From an uncultured Acidobacteriota bacterium (GTDB lineage: Bacteria; Acidobacteriota; UBA6911; RPQK01): a stretch of 64,000 nt of DNA. The translations under genes and the position numbers were made by a program. The DNA lies in contig CAYQYP010000204.1 of NCBI GenBank assembly GCA_964421755.1, positions 9,746-73,745 of the forward strand. The letters run 5' to 3'. The notes below the pieces were generated by a model. That model was not told where the DNA came from. It searched no databases and saw only the letters and a list, made by a program, of their open reading frames with translations. Position 1 is the stretch's first letter, and each line of letters begins with the position of its first letter. Below, one piece after another: positions 10,238 to 19,001 of this stretch.

Positions 10238-10330
10238 AACGCGGACCAACACGGACGAACGCGGACCGACGCACGGTGGCGGAAGCTTCGTCCGTGTCAG
10301 TCGGTTCGGTCGTCCGTGCTTTCCGTGTAC
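10225..10330. terminator. Candidate bidirectional terminator and repeat cluster between convergent genes.
   Basis: Several ACGGAC(G/T)AAC direct copies. Inverted partners are CACGGACGAAC...TTCGTCCGTG and GGTCGTCCGTGCTTTCCGTG. No clean U-tract. Confidence 0.3.
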
Positions 10331-10332
10331 CC

Positions 10333-11433
10333 CTACCGGTCCACCCGGGCGGTACCGCCCTTCATGACTTTCTCAACTTCCTTCAGGCCCGCGGTCGTCG
10401 TATCGCCCGGCGTTGTCATCGCCAATGCGCCGTGCGCGGCACCGTAGTTCGCGGCCTCCGCCACCGACTTACCTTCCATCAGTGCATAGACGACCCCCGA
10501 GGCGAAGCTGTCGCCGCCTCCGACGCGGTCATAGATTTCGAGATTCTCTCGGAGAATGGCGTCGCCGAACTCTCCGCCGGCGTACACGATCGCACCCCAG
10601 TCGTTGATCGATGCGGTTTTGGCGTTACGCAGCGTGGTCGCCACCGCCTTGAAGTTCGGGTATGTCTTGACCGCCTCGGAAATCATCTTCTTGAAGTTGG
10701 ATGGATCAAGCTTGGAGCATCCCTCGTCGAGACCCTCCACCTTGAAGCCGAGCGCGGCTGTGAAGTCCTCCTCGTTGCCGAACATCACGTCCACGTGTGA
10801 GGCAATTTCGCGATTCACCTGGACCGCCCTTTCAGTTCCGCCAAAGTCCTTCCACAACGACGGGCGGAAGTTCAGGTCATAGGAGACGACTGTCCCGTGT
10901 CTCTTCGCCGCGGTCATGGCCTCGATGATGACTTCGGGCGTCGTGGCGGAAAGCGCCGCGTAGATGCCTCCGCAGTGAAACCACCGGATCCCGTCCTGCC
11001 CGAAGATTCTCTCCCAATCGATATCGCCCTCCTTGAGCTGAGAGGCAGCTGAATGCCCGCGATCCGAACAGCCGACCGCCGCCCGAACACCGAACCCGCG
11101 CTCGGTAAAATTGAGTCCGACCCTCGCCTTACGTCCGATCCCATCGTAGGGAACCCACTTCACGTATTCCATGCTGACGCCCCCTTGCAGGATCAGGTCT
11201 TCGAGGAGCCGACCCACAGGGTTGTCAACGATAGCTGTGACAACAGCCGCGTTCTTGCCGAAACAACGGCGCAGGCCGCGTGCAACGTTGTACTCTCCGC
11301 CTCCCTCCCAGACACGGAAGGTCCGGGTGGTGTGAATCCGGTTGTCACCCGGATCGAGTCGGATCATGATTTCTCCGAGCGACAGGATGTCGTACTTGCA
11401 CTCCGATTTAGGCTTTACATTGAGAACGGGCAT
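10333..11433 (-). CDS. PfkB/ribokinase-family sugar kinase similar to 2-dehydro-3-deoxygluconokinase KdgK.
   Basis: Start moved to the internal ATG at 11433, which has a GGAGGAG Shine-Dalgarno 6 nt upstream. Reads MPVLNVKPK...ILSLGEIMIRLDP. The C-terminal GGGDSFASG...AAHGALAMT is the pfkB signature 2. Confidence 0.8.
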   Translation of the reverse strand: MPVLNVKPKSECKYDILSLGEIMIRLDPGDNRIHTTRTFRVWEGGGEYNVARGLRRCFGKNAAVVTAIVDNPVGRLLEDLILQGGVSMEYVKWVPYDGIGRKARVGLNFTERGFGVRAAVGCSDRGHSAASQLKEGDIDWERIFGQDGIRWFHCGGIYAALSATTPEVIIEAMTAAKRHGTVVSYDLNFRPSLWKDFGGTERAVQVNREIASHVDVMFGNEEDFTAALGFKVEGLDEGCSKLDPSNFKKMISEAVKTYPNFKAVATTLRNAKTASINDWGAIVYAGGEFGDAILRENLEIYDRVGGGDSFASGVVYALMEGKSVAEAANYGAAHGALAMTTPGDTTTAGLKEVEKVMKGGTARVDR

Positions 11434-11566
11434 GACTCTCTCCTCCGCATTTTGAATCCGTTTCGATGATCGACCGAGTGTAAAAGCGGGGGACGAGTGC
11501 GTCAAGAGTGGTAACATCTCGTGTCATATCGCCTCAGGGGTGGACGGGCAAGGCAGGAGAACAAGC

Positions 11567-11998
11567 ATGAGCAAAGGACAGGCGGTCGCCGGATGGGGTC
11601 CCTCCTGGATCGCGCTAGCCATCGCGCTGGGGCTGCACGTGTGGGATGAGGCGGCCCATGATTTCCTGTCGTTTTACAATCCAATGGTTGCCGGCATCCG
11701 GGAGAGAGTCCCGTTTCTCCCTGTACCGACGTTCAGCTACCGCATGTGGCTGACGGGGCTCATTGTGGGCGTCGGGATCTTGCTTTTGACCTCGGTTTTC
11801 GCCTTCCGGGGGGCTCGGTGGTTGCGACCGCTCGCTTACGCATTAGCTGTCCTGATGATCGCTAACGGCCTTCTGCACGCGGCGGGTTCGATTTACTATG
11901 GCAGGCTCATGCCGGGCCTTTATAGCTCGCCCGTTCTTATAGCATCGTCCATTTGGCTGCTGGTACAATTGCGACAAACCAGACTATCAGGGACTTGA
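11567..11998 (+). CDS. Hypothetical integral membrane protein with about four transmembrane helices.
   Basis: AGGAGA Shine-Dalgarno 7 nt before the ATG at 11567. Hydrophobic helices WIALAIALGLHVW, LTGLIVGVGILLLTSVFAF, LAYALAVLMIANGLLHA. Confidence 0.5.
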   Translation: MSKGQAVAGWGPSWIALAIALGLHVWDEAAHDFLSFYNPMVAGIRERVPFLPVPTFSYRMWLTGLIVGVGILLLTSVFAFRGARWLRPLAYALAVLMIANGLLHAAGSIYYGRLMPGLYSSPVLIASSIWLLVQLRQTRLSGT

Positions 11999-12025
11999 CG
12001 CTGCACGGGGCTCAAGGAGGCTCTC

Positions 12026-12445
12026 ATGGATCGAGACGATGCCGAACATGTGCGATTGCTGTCGATCTTCCACTACGTAGTGGCCGGGCTGGCCGGGTTG
12101 TTTGCCTGCTTCCCGCTGCTTCACCTCGGGTTTGGCGTTTTGATGCTCACCGGTGCGTTTCCCGAAAAGGACCCCGGTCCCCAGCACATGTTGACCGTCA
12201 TGGGGATTTTCTTCGTCGTCTTTTCCACGGTGGCAATACTTCTCGGATTGGCCTTTTCTATCCTGCTCGCGCTGAGCGGTTTCTATCTGAACAAGCGGAT
12301 CCACTACACTTTTTGTCTTGTCATGGCGGGCATTGCCTGCATTTTCATGCCGTTTGGAACGGTCCTTGGCGTCCTTACGATCATCGTGCTGATGAGGCCT
12401 CCGGTGAAGGCGGCCTTTGAGGGATCGCCCCCGGACGCTGAATGA
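12026..12445 (+). CDS. Hypothetical small integral membrane protein.
   Basis: AAGGAGG Shine-Dalgarno 5 nt before the ATG. Three to four transmembrane helices ([72 protein letters not shown]). Confidence 0.5.
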   Translation: MDRDDAEHVRLLSIFHYVVAGLAGLFACFPLLHLGFGVLMLTGAFPEKDPGPQHMLTVMGIFFVVFSTVAILLGLAFSILLALSGFYLNKRIHYTFCLVMAGIACIFMPFGTVLGVLTIIVLMRPPVKAAFEGSPPDAE

Positions 12446-12469
12446 GCGAAGCGGCCCGACGGGCAAGGT

Positions 12470-12554
12470 TGGTGCGAAAGGGGGGACTCGAACCCCCACG
12501 GGTTTCCCCACTGGATCCTAAGTCCAGCGCGTCTGCCAATTCCGCCACTTTCGC
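12470..12554 (-). tRNA. tRNA-Leu: tRNA-Leu with anticodon UAG, class II with a long variable arm and an encoded CCA.
   Basis: Reverse-complement reading gives GCGAAAG-TG-GCGG-AATTGGCAG-ACGC-G-CTGGA-CTTAGGA-TCCAG-TGGGGAAACCCGT-GGGGG-TTCGAGT-CCCCC-CTTTCGC-A-CCA. Perfect 7-bp acceptor stem, TTCGAGT T-loop, anticodon loop CTTAGGA. Confidence 0.85.
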
Positions 12555-12591
12555 GAGTCAACTACATTCTAAGCCAACCTTTGTCTTCCCG

Positions 12592-15261
12592 TCACTCCTC
12601 CCGCAGCGCGGCGATCGGATCGACCCGTGTGGCGCGATGGGCGGGCACGAGGCAGGCGATGATCGCTACCAGCGTGATCACGGCCGCAACGCTCACCATC
12701 GTGGCCGGATCAGTCGGCCGGACCTCGAAGAGCAGCGTCTCCATCAACCGCGTCAGCGCGAGTGCACCGGCCAGCCCAGCCGCCAGGCCGATAAACGTGA
12801 GCTTCAGGCCATGCGCCATGATGCTGCGCAGCACGGCCTCACGCTTCGCGCCGAGCGCCATCCGGATGCCGATTTCACGGCGCCGCTCCGTCACCAGATA
12901 CGAGAGCACGCCGTAGGTCCCGATTGCGGCGAGCAGGAGGGCGAGGGCAGCGAAGCCGGCGAACAGGTGCATCAGCATGCGGGGCCGGCCGAGGGAACCG
13001 CTGATCACTTCATCCATGAGCTGCAGCCGGATAATCGGCAGCGAGGGATCGGCCTCACGTACGGCGGCGGCAATCGGTGGCTGCAGCGTGGCCATCGGCA
13101 GCGCACTCCGCAGCACGATATTCATGTTTCCGTCATGCCCCCAGTCACCGAGGTTAGGACCGGAAATGGTCGGGAAGATTTGCGGCAGCTGCTCGAGCAG
13201 GAAGTACAACTCGGTGCCGGTTGCCTGGTCGACGCCACCCTGCTTGACATCCTTCGCCACGCCAACGACCGTGACCCAGGGCGTCCCGTCGCCGAAGCGC
13301 GGCCTGACCCGACGACCGATCGGGTCGAGATCCTTCCAGAACCGGCGAGCGAACGTCTCGTTCACGACCGCCACAAGAGCGCCGATGCGATCAGTCTCCT
13401 CGAACGGACGGCCCTCCACGATCGGTATCCCCATCGCCTGGAAATAGCCCGTGGTGACCGTCTGGTAATAGTCCACCCAGTTGCGTGGCGTCTCCGGTGG
13501 CGGTGTGTAACCTTCGATGTCCGTGCCCAGGCCGTTGACCTCCCGCTGTGGAGGCAGCCCGGACACGGCCGACACACGTTCGACGCCGGGCATGGCGGCG
13601 AACCGATCGATCAAGCGTTGATACAGCCGCAGCCTCTCGTCGAAGTTGGGGTACGTGGAGGCGGGGAGCGCGACCCCGAACGTGACCAGCCGCGATCGAT
13701 CGAATCCGGGGTCGACCTTCATTAGATTCATTACCGTCCGGAGCATCAGCCCCGCGCCCACCACGAGCACAACCGCGAGTGCCACTTCAGCGGCGACAAG
13801 AGCACGGCGCACTGCATGACGGGTACTGGTCGAGCCGCGCGTCGCACGCTCGTTCAGCAGACCGCTCGGGCCTTGGTGGAGGGAATGCAGCAGTGGCGCC
13901 AGCCCGAACGCGACGCCGGTGGCGACTGATACGAGCAGTGTGAAGCCGAGCACCGCTGGATCGATGGCAATGTCGGCGACACGCGGAAGACTATTGGGAT
14001 ACGCAACGATCAACGCCCGCACACCAGCCCAGGCCAGGGCCAGGCCGATGGTGCCGCCGACGAGCGACAACACGACGCCTTCAGCCGTAAACTGGGCGAG
14101 CAGCCGCCGCCGGCCGGCTCCCAGTGCCGCGCGCATGGCGAGCTCGCGCCGTCGGGTCTCGGCGCGCGCCAGCAGGAGGTTGGCCAGGTTGGCGCAGGCG
14201 ATGAGCAGCACCAACGCTACCGCCGCCTGCAGCATCCAGAGGGCACGCCGTGCCGAGCCGACAATCTCGTCCTGCACGGGCTCCATCTGCATGACGTGGT
14301 CGCCACGCTTGAAGACGTGCCCGTTCACGCCGGCGCGTTCACCCCAGTTCGCAACGAGCGACGCAAGCTCCGCCTCGGCCTGCTGTGCGGTCACTTCATC
14401 TTTCAGACGGCCCAACACATTGAGAAAGTGACTCTCTCGAAACTGGCGAAAAGCAGGAGCGAGCTGGAGCGGCAGCCACACATCGACCCGGTTGTCCATC
14501 AGGTCGAAGCGGGCCGGCATGATGCCAATGACCTCGCGCGTGAGACCGTCGATCTCGATCGTGCGGCCGACGATGTTCTCACGTGCGCCGAAGGCCGACC
14601 GCCACAGCTCGTGCGACAGGATGACAAGTGCGGGCCCGTTCGCGCGCGTCTCGTCCCGACGGAACCACCGGCCGCGCTCTGGCTGGACGGCGAGCACCTC
14701 GAGCAATTCTGCATTCACCGTGGCCCTCGTGACGCGCCGCGGACGATCGAGGGCGGCGAGATTCACCTCGCCGATCGTGAACGCGCCGACGACCGAGAAG
14801 GACCGATTGATTTCAGTGAGCTCGAAATATTCCGGCGCCGACACCGAGCTCTGCTCCACCCCCTGGCGCTCGAACCGCGTTGTCAGGAACCGGAGCTGCT
14901 CAGGGTGTGGATACCCGAGTGGCTTCAGGATCACGGCGTTGACGACCGAGAACATCGCGGTATTCGCACCGATTCCGAGGGCCAGTGTCAGAACCGCGAC
15001 GGTTGTGAATCCCGGAGCTTTCCGGAGCGTGCGGAGCGCGTACCGAACGTCCTGGACGATCTCGTCGATCCAGCGGCGGGTCCACACTTCCCGGACGTCT
15101 TCCTGTGTGCGCGTCACGTTGCCGAACGCGCGGCGTGCGGCGTACTGCGCATCCGCCTCGGACATACCGTCAGCGACACGCTCCTCGGCCTCCAATTCGA
15201 GGTGCGTCTGGATCTCGCGTTTCAGCTCGTCATCGTGATCTCTCGGCATAGCGTTTCTCAC
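12592..15261 (-). CDS. ADOP-family duplicated FtsX permease (MacB-like, two FtsX domains).
   Basis: 889 aa. N-terminal prefix [51 protein letters not shown] is characteristic of ADOP permeases. Two four-helix FtsX modules. The many antisense ORFs in the track are shadows of this gene. Confidence 0.9.
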   Translation of the reverse strand: MRNAMPRDHDDELKREIQTHLELEAEERVADGMSEADAQYAARRAFGNVTRTQEDVREVWTRRWIDEIVQDVRYALRTLRKAPGFTTVAVLTLALGIGANTAMFSVVNAVILKPLGYPHPEQLRFLTTRFERQGVEQSSVSAPEYFELTEINRSFSVVGAFTIGEVNLAALDRPRRVTRATVNAELLEVLAVQPERGRWFRRDETRANGPALVILSHELWRSAFGARENIVGRTIEIDGLTREVIGIMPARFDLMDNRVDVWLPLQLAPAFRQFRESHFLNVLGRLKDEVTAQQAEAELASLVANWGERAGVNGHVFKRGDHVMQMEPVQDEIVGSARRALWMLQAAVALVLLIACANLANLLLARAETRRRELAMRAALGAGRRRLLAQFTAEGVVLSLVGGTIGLALAWAGVRALIVAYPNSLPRVADIAIDPAVLGFTLLVSVATGVAFGLAPLLHSLHQGPSGLLNERATRGSTSTRHAVRRALVAAEVALAVVLVVGAGLMLRTVMNLMKVDPGFDRSRLVTFGVALPASTYPNFDERLRLYQRLIDRFAAMPGVERVSAVSGLPPQREVNGLGTDIEGYTPPPETPRNWVDYYQTVTTGYFQAMGIPIVEGRPFEETDRIGALVAVVNETFARRFWKDLDPIGRRVRPRFGDGTPWVTVVGVAKDVKQGGVDQATGTELYFLLEQLPQIFPTISGPNLGDWGHDGNMNIVLRSALPMATLQPPIAAAVREADPSLPIIRLQLMDEVISGSLGRPRMLMHLFAGFAALALLLAAIGTYGVLSYLVTERRREIGIRMALGAKREAVLRSIMAHGLKLTFIGLAAGLAGALALTRLMETLLFEVRPTDPATMVSVAAVITLVAIIACLVPAHRATRVDPIAALREE

Positions 15262-15276
15262 AGACCCCGACGAATC

Positions 15277-15603
15277 TCAAACACGCTTCAGCACCCGAGC
15301 CATCGCACGAACCAGCTCGTCCCACTTGCTCTCCTCGACCGACAGCTGCTTCCGGCCTTTCGGTGTCAGCCGGTACATGCGCATTTCGCGTCCGCTTTCC
15401 GTCTGCTCCCAGTTCGACGTGATGCAGCCGCTCTTCTCCAGGCGGTGCAAGGCCGGGTAGAGCGACCCGTGCTCCACCTGCAGGACGTCTTCGGACGTGC
15501 GCTGGATATGCTTGGCGATGCCGTGGCCGTGAAGGGGACCAAAGAGCAGGGTCCGGAGGATCAGCAGTTCGAGGGTGCCCTGGACGAGCTTCCGTTCTGG
15601 CAT
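15277..15603 (-). CDS. PadR-family transcriptional regulator, the partner of the ADOP permease.
   Basis: Start taken at the internal ATG 15603. Reads [34 protein letters not shown], a canonical PadR N-terminus. The longer track ORF extends across the operator palindrome. Confidence 0.85.
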   Translation of the reverse strand: MPERKLVQGTLELLILRTLLFGPLHGHGIAKHIQRTSEDVLQVEHGSLYPALHRLEKSGCITSNWEQTESGREMRMYRLTPKGRKQLSVEESKWDELVRAMARVLKRV

Positions 15604-15641
15604 AGTAGGTATTCTACCATCATTGGTAGAATACCTACTAT
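15602..15641. promoter_or_regulatory. Perfect 18-bp inverted repeat overlapping the PadR start codon, a putative autoregulatory PadR operator.
   Basis: ATAGTAGGTATTCTACCA-TCAT-TGGTAGAATACCTACTAT, with 18/18 complementarity. It lies immediately upstream of and overlapping the ATG of padR. Confidence 0.6.
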
Positions 15642-15655
15642 CCACTTTCTTCCTT

Positions 15656-17284
15656 TCAAAACCTGAAGCCCGCGCCGACACTGATCCTCGGAGTGTGCCG
15701 GGTTTCGAACTGGCCTTGAAAAAATGGCGGCTCAGAGGCGGAGTAGCGCCACATACCCATCGGTTGAGAAACAACCGTGTCCGTTACATCCAGTCGGAAG
15801 AAGAATCGATCGGATCGATAGACACCGAAATCGTAGACTTCCAGTACTCCTCCAAAGTCCAGGGCAAACCGGTTTGCATTGACGATTAGATGCGTGACGT
15901 TTAAGGAACCCAAGTGCTTGCGTTCGGTTAGGAATCCCGGCCGGACGACCCCGAACACGCCCCAGCCCGGCCTTCTGACCCCTGCCTTGACTCCAAACAA
16001 TGTAAGAAATCTTTCTTCAAAATTGCCCGGCCAGTAGTTGGTTTGCCCCTCGAGCGCCAGGTGGTTATTCAGATTGTAGGCGAACCTCGCACCACCGCCC
16101 CGCTCCCCGAACTGTCCCGGTGCAGCAGCCACAGAAAGGAAGTGACTAAACGAGGAGTAGTGTCCTCCAATTTCGAATCTCTTCACCGCCGGCGGCGCAG
16201 GTTTGTCGCCCTGGTAAATAGAGGGGCCGCGGAGAATGCTCGGTTCCTTTTTGGTTAAGGTGAAACGGCCACTGTCCAGGACTATGGTTTGCTTTTCAGT
16301 CAGCCGGATCGAAGCTGCGCGGAAGTCGCTGCCTGAATCGATGTAGATCGAGTAACTCCCGTCTTGCATTCCAAGCGCGATTTGGCGGCCTTCCGTTTTG
16401 AGCAATTCGGTCACCAACTGCCTGTCTGCATTCAGAATGTAAACCCGGCCACTTAGGGCTTCGGGGAGCACGAGTATCGAGGACACCCCGCGAACGTCGG
16501 TCAAGACCAACTCGCCAGTGCCCGACATCTGGATATCGTAAGCAGGATGCTGGGGCCCGCCCTGAGTTTTTGCAGTCCGGCCGAGTGTCTCGTTGTATGA
16601 GAAGTCATAGGCCTCGTTCAAGCTGACCTTGCCGTCTGTGTTTGAGTCGGCCGCGCCCCTCAGCGCTGAGATGAGATAGTAGGTAAAGAAAGATGCCCGA
16701 ATCCGGTCTGATTCCTGGGCGGTTTCATTCTCCGAGCTGGAGGTGAGGAAGGCATAGCCTTTCATATCGGCGGGCGATGTAGCCAGAAAGGCTGGTTCCC
16801 GAATGACTCCCTTCTGCCTGGTTATGGCGCCGGACGCACACGCGTCGAGCACCGCCACGTTTACATCCGCCTTAAGAAGGGCCATCTCTTCCCTGATCTT
16901 CGGGTAGGGAAACCGGGTTCCCCCGAGCAGAAGACCCTGGTCATCTGCGTGGCCGGAGTAGTAGAAGAGGACCTCCACACGTTCATTGGCCGCCCGGCTT
17001 TCCTTGATCTCAACCCTCAACGCTTCAAGCGCCTTGCCGAAGTCAATCAAGGAAGGCTCCCGGAGAATCCGGCAATCCTCCCTTCGCACGCCGCCAAGCT
17101 GTTGCATCAGTCGGGCAAACGCTTCGGCATCGGAGACCGCATAGCTCAAGGTCGGGCGACTGGGGCCACCCCGGTTGGCACCCGAAACGATCGCATAGCG
17201 GCGAACGGCAGCCGCCGAGGAGAGCGAGTGCGCCAGGATAAAGACGATCAACAGGGCGAAGAGGGTCAAAATAGGTTTTTTCAT
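15656..17284 (-). CDS. Secreted caspase-family (peptidase C14) protein fused to a C-terminal beta-barrel, outer-membrane-like domain.
   Basis: Signal peptide [26 protein letters not shown]. Catalytic His in [13 protein letters not shown]. Catalytic Cys in [11 protein letters not shown]. The C-terminal ~250 aa has alternating amphipathic beta-strands and ends ...ISVGAGFRF (terminal Phe, the OMP signature). The start overlaps the anti-sigma stop (ATGA). Confidence 0.75.
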   Translation of the reverse strand: MKKPILTLFALLIVFILAHSLSSAAAVRRYAIVSGANRGGPSRPTLSYAVSDAEAFARLMQQLGGVRREDCRILREPSLIDFGKALEALRVEIKESRAANERVEVLFYYSGHADDQGLLLGGTRFPYPKIREEMALLKADVNVAVLDACASGAITRQKGVIREPAFLATSPADMKGYAFLTSSSENETAQESDRIRASFFTYYLISALRGAADSNTDGKVSLNEAYDFSYNETLGRTAKTQGGPQHPAYDIQMSGTGELVLTDVRGVSSILVLPEALSGRVYILNADRQLVTELLKTEGRQIALGMQDGSYSIYIDSGSDFRAASIRLTEKQTIVLDSGRFTLTKKEPSILRGPSIYQGDKPAPPAVKRFEIGGHYSSFSHFLSVAAAPGQFGERGGGARFAYNLNNHLALEGQTNYWPGNFEERFLTLFGVKAGVRRPGWGVFGVVRPGFLTERKHLGSLNVTHLIVNANRFALDFGGVLEVYDFGVYRSDRFFFRLDVTDTVVSQPMGMWRYSASEPPFFQGQFETRHTPRISVGAGFRF

Positions 17285-18075
17285 CGTGTTTCTTCCTTTT
17301 GGAGCAGTACCGTCGACTGTTGATAGCCGGCAGGCAGCGACAGGCCCCCGCTTCGGTGATCCCAACTCGTCTTCGGTGTCCGTATTGCGTCCTTAACCAG
17401 CTGGACCGGGAACGGATGATTGGATGTAACAAAGAAAAAGATCTCTCCTTTCGGCGCTTGATCCAGGCGGAAGGCCGAAGGTAAAGGAGTTGCTCGTCCC
17501 TTGGAAATCTCAACCGCTTGAACCCCCTGCTCGGGGAGATGCTGAGTGATGCTTCCTTGCCCGTCCACCGAGAGAATGGCTCCGTAACTGTGTCCGGCGG
17601 AGTAGTAGGACAACTGAATGAGGTCATTACTTCCCACTTTGCCGCCGTCGCTGAGCTGCCGAATCCCTTCGGCTGTCTTTAGGAAGACGAGTAAGCGTGT
17701 TTGATCTCCCTTCGCACGCACTCCTTCTACTGGGGGCTGGGTGGCTTGGTTGGCCTGCCAGAAAAACGGCAAGCTGAGTCCGGCGATCAGCATGGCCGAC
17801 AACAACGCGAGACTGAACGGGGAGAAGAACAGGCTTCGAACAGGTCCGCGTTTCTGCTCGGCCGGGGACACCATCCGATCGCGGATCTTGGCGCTGAACC
17901 GGTCAGGCGGGTACCGACTGAGAAGCGCTTCACCAGATTGCCGAAGCTGGTTTAGCTTCTGGGCAACGGCTGGGTCCGAGGCGACAGCCCGTCTCACCTG
18001 CTCGGCCTCGTTGGGTTCCAACTCATCAAGCAGGAAGCGTTCTAGCCAAATCTCCGGGATCTTCTGGCTGCTCAT
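17281..18075 (-). CDS. Membrane-spanning anti-sigma factor without a zinc finger, with a periplasmic C-terminal domain.
   Basis: Start at the internal ATG 18075, with a GGAG Shine-Dalgarno and ATGA overlap with the sigma stop. N-terminus MSSQKIPEIWLERFLLDELEPNEAEQVRRAVASDPAVAQKL is an anti-sigma N-terminal domain. Transmembrane helix SLFFSPFSLALLSAMLIAGLSL. About 150 aa periplasmic region. Confidence 0.7.
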   Translation of the reverse strand: MSSQKIPEIWLERFLLDELEPNEAEQVRRAVASDPAVAQKLNQLRQSGEALLSRYPPDRFSAKIRDRMVSPAEQKRGPVRSLFFSPFSLALLSAMLIAGLSLPFFWQANQATQPPVEGVRAKGDQTRLLVFLKTAEGIRQLSDGGKVGSNDLIQLSYYSAGHSYGAILSVDGQGSITQHLPEQGVQAVEISKGRATPLPSAFRLDQAPKGEIFFFVTSNHPFPVQLVKDAIRTPKTSWDHRSGGLSLPAGYQQSTVLLQKEETR

Positions 18076-18584
18076 AGTTTCTCCAGTTCTCGCAGGCTTT
18101 TTCTCAAGCGCTCGAGTCTCTTTCGCACTCCCGAAACCGACATCCGGAATTCGACAGCCACCTGCTCCAATGTCATTCCGTCCAGGAAATGCATAACCGC
18201 CATGACCCGGGAGGAGACAGGATGTCGTCTGAACAACTTCTCGAGGAGCATGGACGAGTCCCAATCCGGAACCGCCGCTATGCAGCGCAGAAGCTCTTCC
18301 TCGCTGTTCATCTCTCTTGCCCGATGCTTGCTTCGGATCCGGTTCAGGCAAACGTTTGTCGCAATCCGATAGAGGAGGCTGGACGGGTAATCGGGAGTCA
18401 GTTTGGTGCGATGCTGAATGACTTGGACGAAAACATCCTGCATGGCATCCTCCGCTTCCCGTTCGTCGCACAGTAGTTTCAGGCATCGCCTGAAGACCAT
18501 AGGACCGTAGCGTTGATAGAGGTCCGCAATATCCATAGCCGCGCTCGTCTCGAACGACCACCGGTTGTCGTGTGTTTCCCGCAT
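18072..18584 (-). CDS. ECF-subfamily RNA polymerase sigma-70 factor.
   Basis: Region 2 DIADLYQRYGPMVFRRCLKLL...AEDAMQDVFVQV. Region 4 LEQVAVEFRMSVSGVRKRLERLRKSL. The track ORF begins at a GTG at 18605. The ATG at 18584 (MRETHD) is proposed as the start. Confidence 0.85.
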   Translation of the reverse strand: MRETHDNRWSFETSAAMDIADLYQRYGPMVFRRCLKLLCDEREAEDAMQDVFVQVIQHRTKLTPDYPSSLLYRIATNVCLNRIRSKHRAREMNSEEELLRCIAAVPDWDSSMLLEKLFRRHPVSSRVMAVMHFLDGMTLEQVAVEFRMSVSGVRKRLERLRKSLRELEKL

Positions 18585-18777
18585 CTCTATCGTCTTGTTC
18601 CGCACCCTTAAACACCGGGAGAATTGCGATCTGTCACCTCGTGGGAACTTTTCTTATCTCCCATCTCGCTTGCGAACCGCTTGAAAATGGAAAACGAAAC
18701 ACCGGTTCCCAGAATCGAGGCAGTCAATTAGATGCAGCAAACCCGCTGGATGGTCGCAAGACAAGGAGCGACGACGG

Positions 18778-18981
18778 TTGTGGGGGCCGAGTCGCTTTAC
18801 CTTGTCGCTGAAGTGGTGTGCTCGTTACTTCTTTGCGACCGAGGAACACAAGAAACTGTTCGAGCAGAATCCGCATCAATACCTAACACAGTATTGCGGT
18901 TACTACGCCTGCGGCGTCGCTCCCGGCGCGTTGTTCCCGGTGGACATCAGCACCTGGCAGATGCGTAACGGCAACCTGTAG
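18778..18981 (+). pseudogene. Remnant or truncated YHS-domain-like protein ORF.
   Basis: KWCARYFFATEEHKKLFEQNPHQYLTQYCGYYACGVA resembles the periplasmic YHS-type family (…YYFASxxNKxxFExNPxxYxPQYGGYCAYGVA). It lacks a signal peptide and N-terminal half and begins at TTG. Confidence 0.35.
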
Positions 18982-19001
18982 CGCGTTCCATAAGGAGAAT
19001 T

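Noticed and set aside
12304-12561. 85-aa minus-strand ORF.
   Set aside because: It coincides with the hand-folded tRNA-Leu(UAG) and is a translation artefact.
12442-15666. Large plus-strand ORFs 12442..13725, 12977..13447, 13919..14431, 14296..15666 and 14492..15238.
   Set aside because: All lie antisense to the 889-aa ADOP permease and PadR genes. Their translations are Arg/Pro/Ser-rich with no domain-like motifs.
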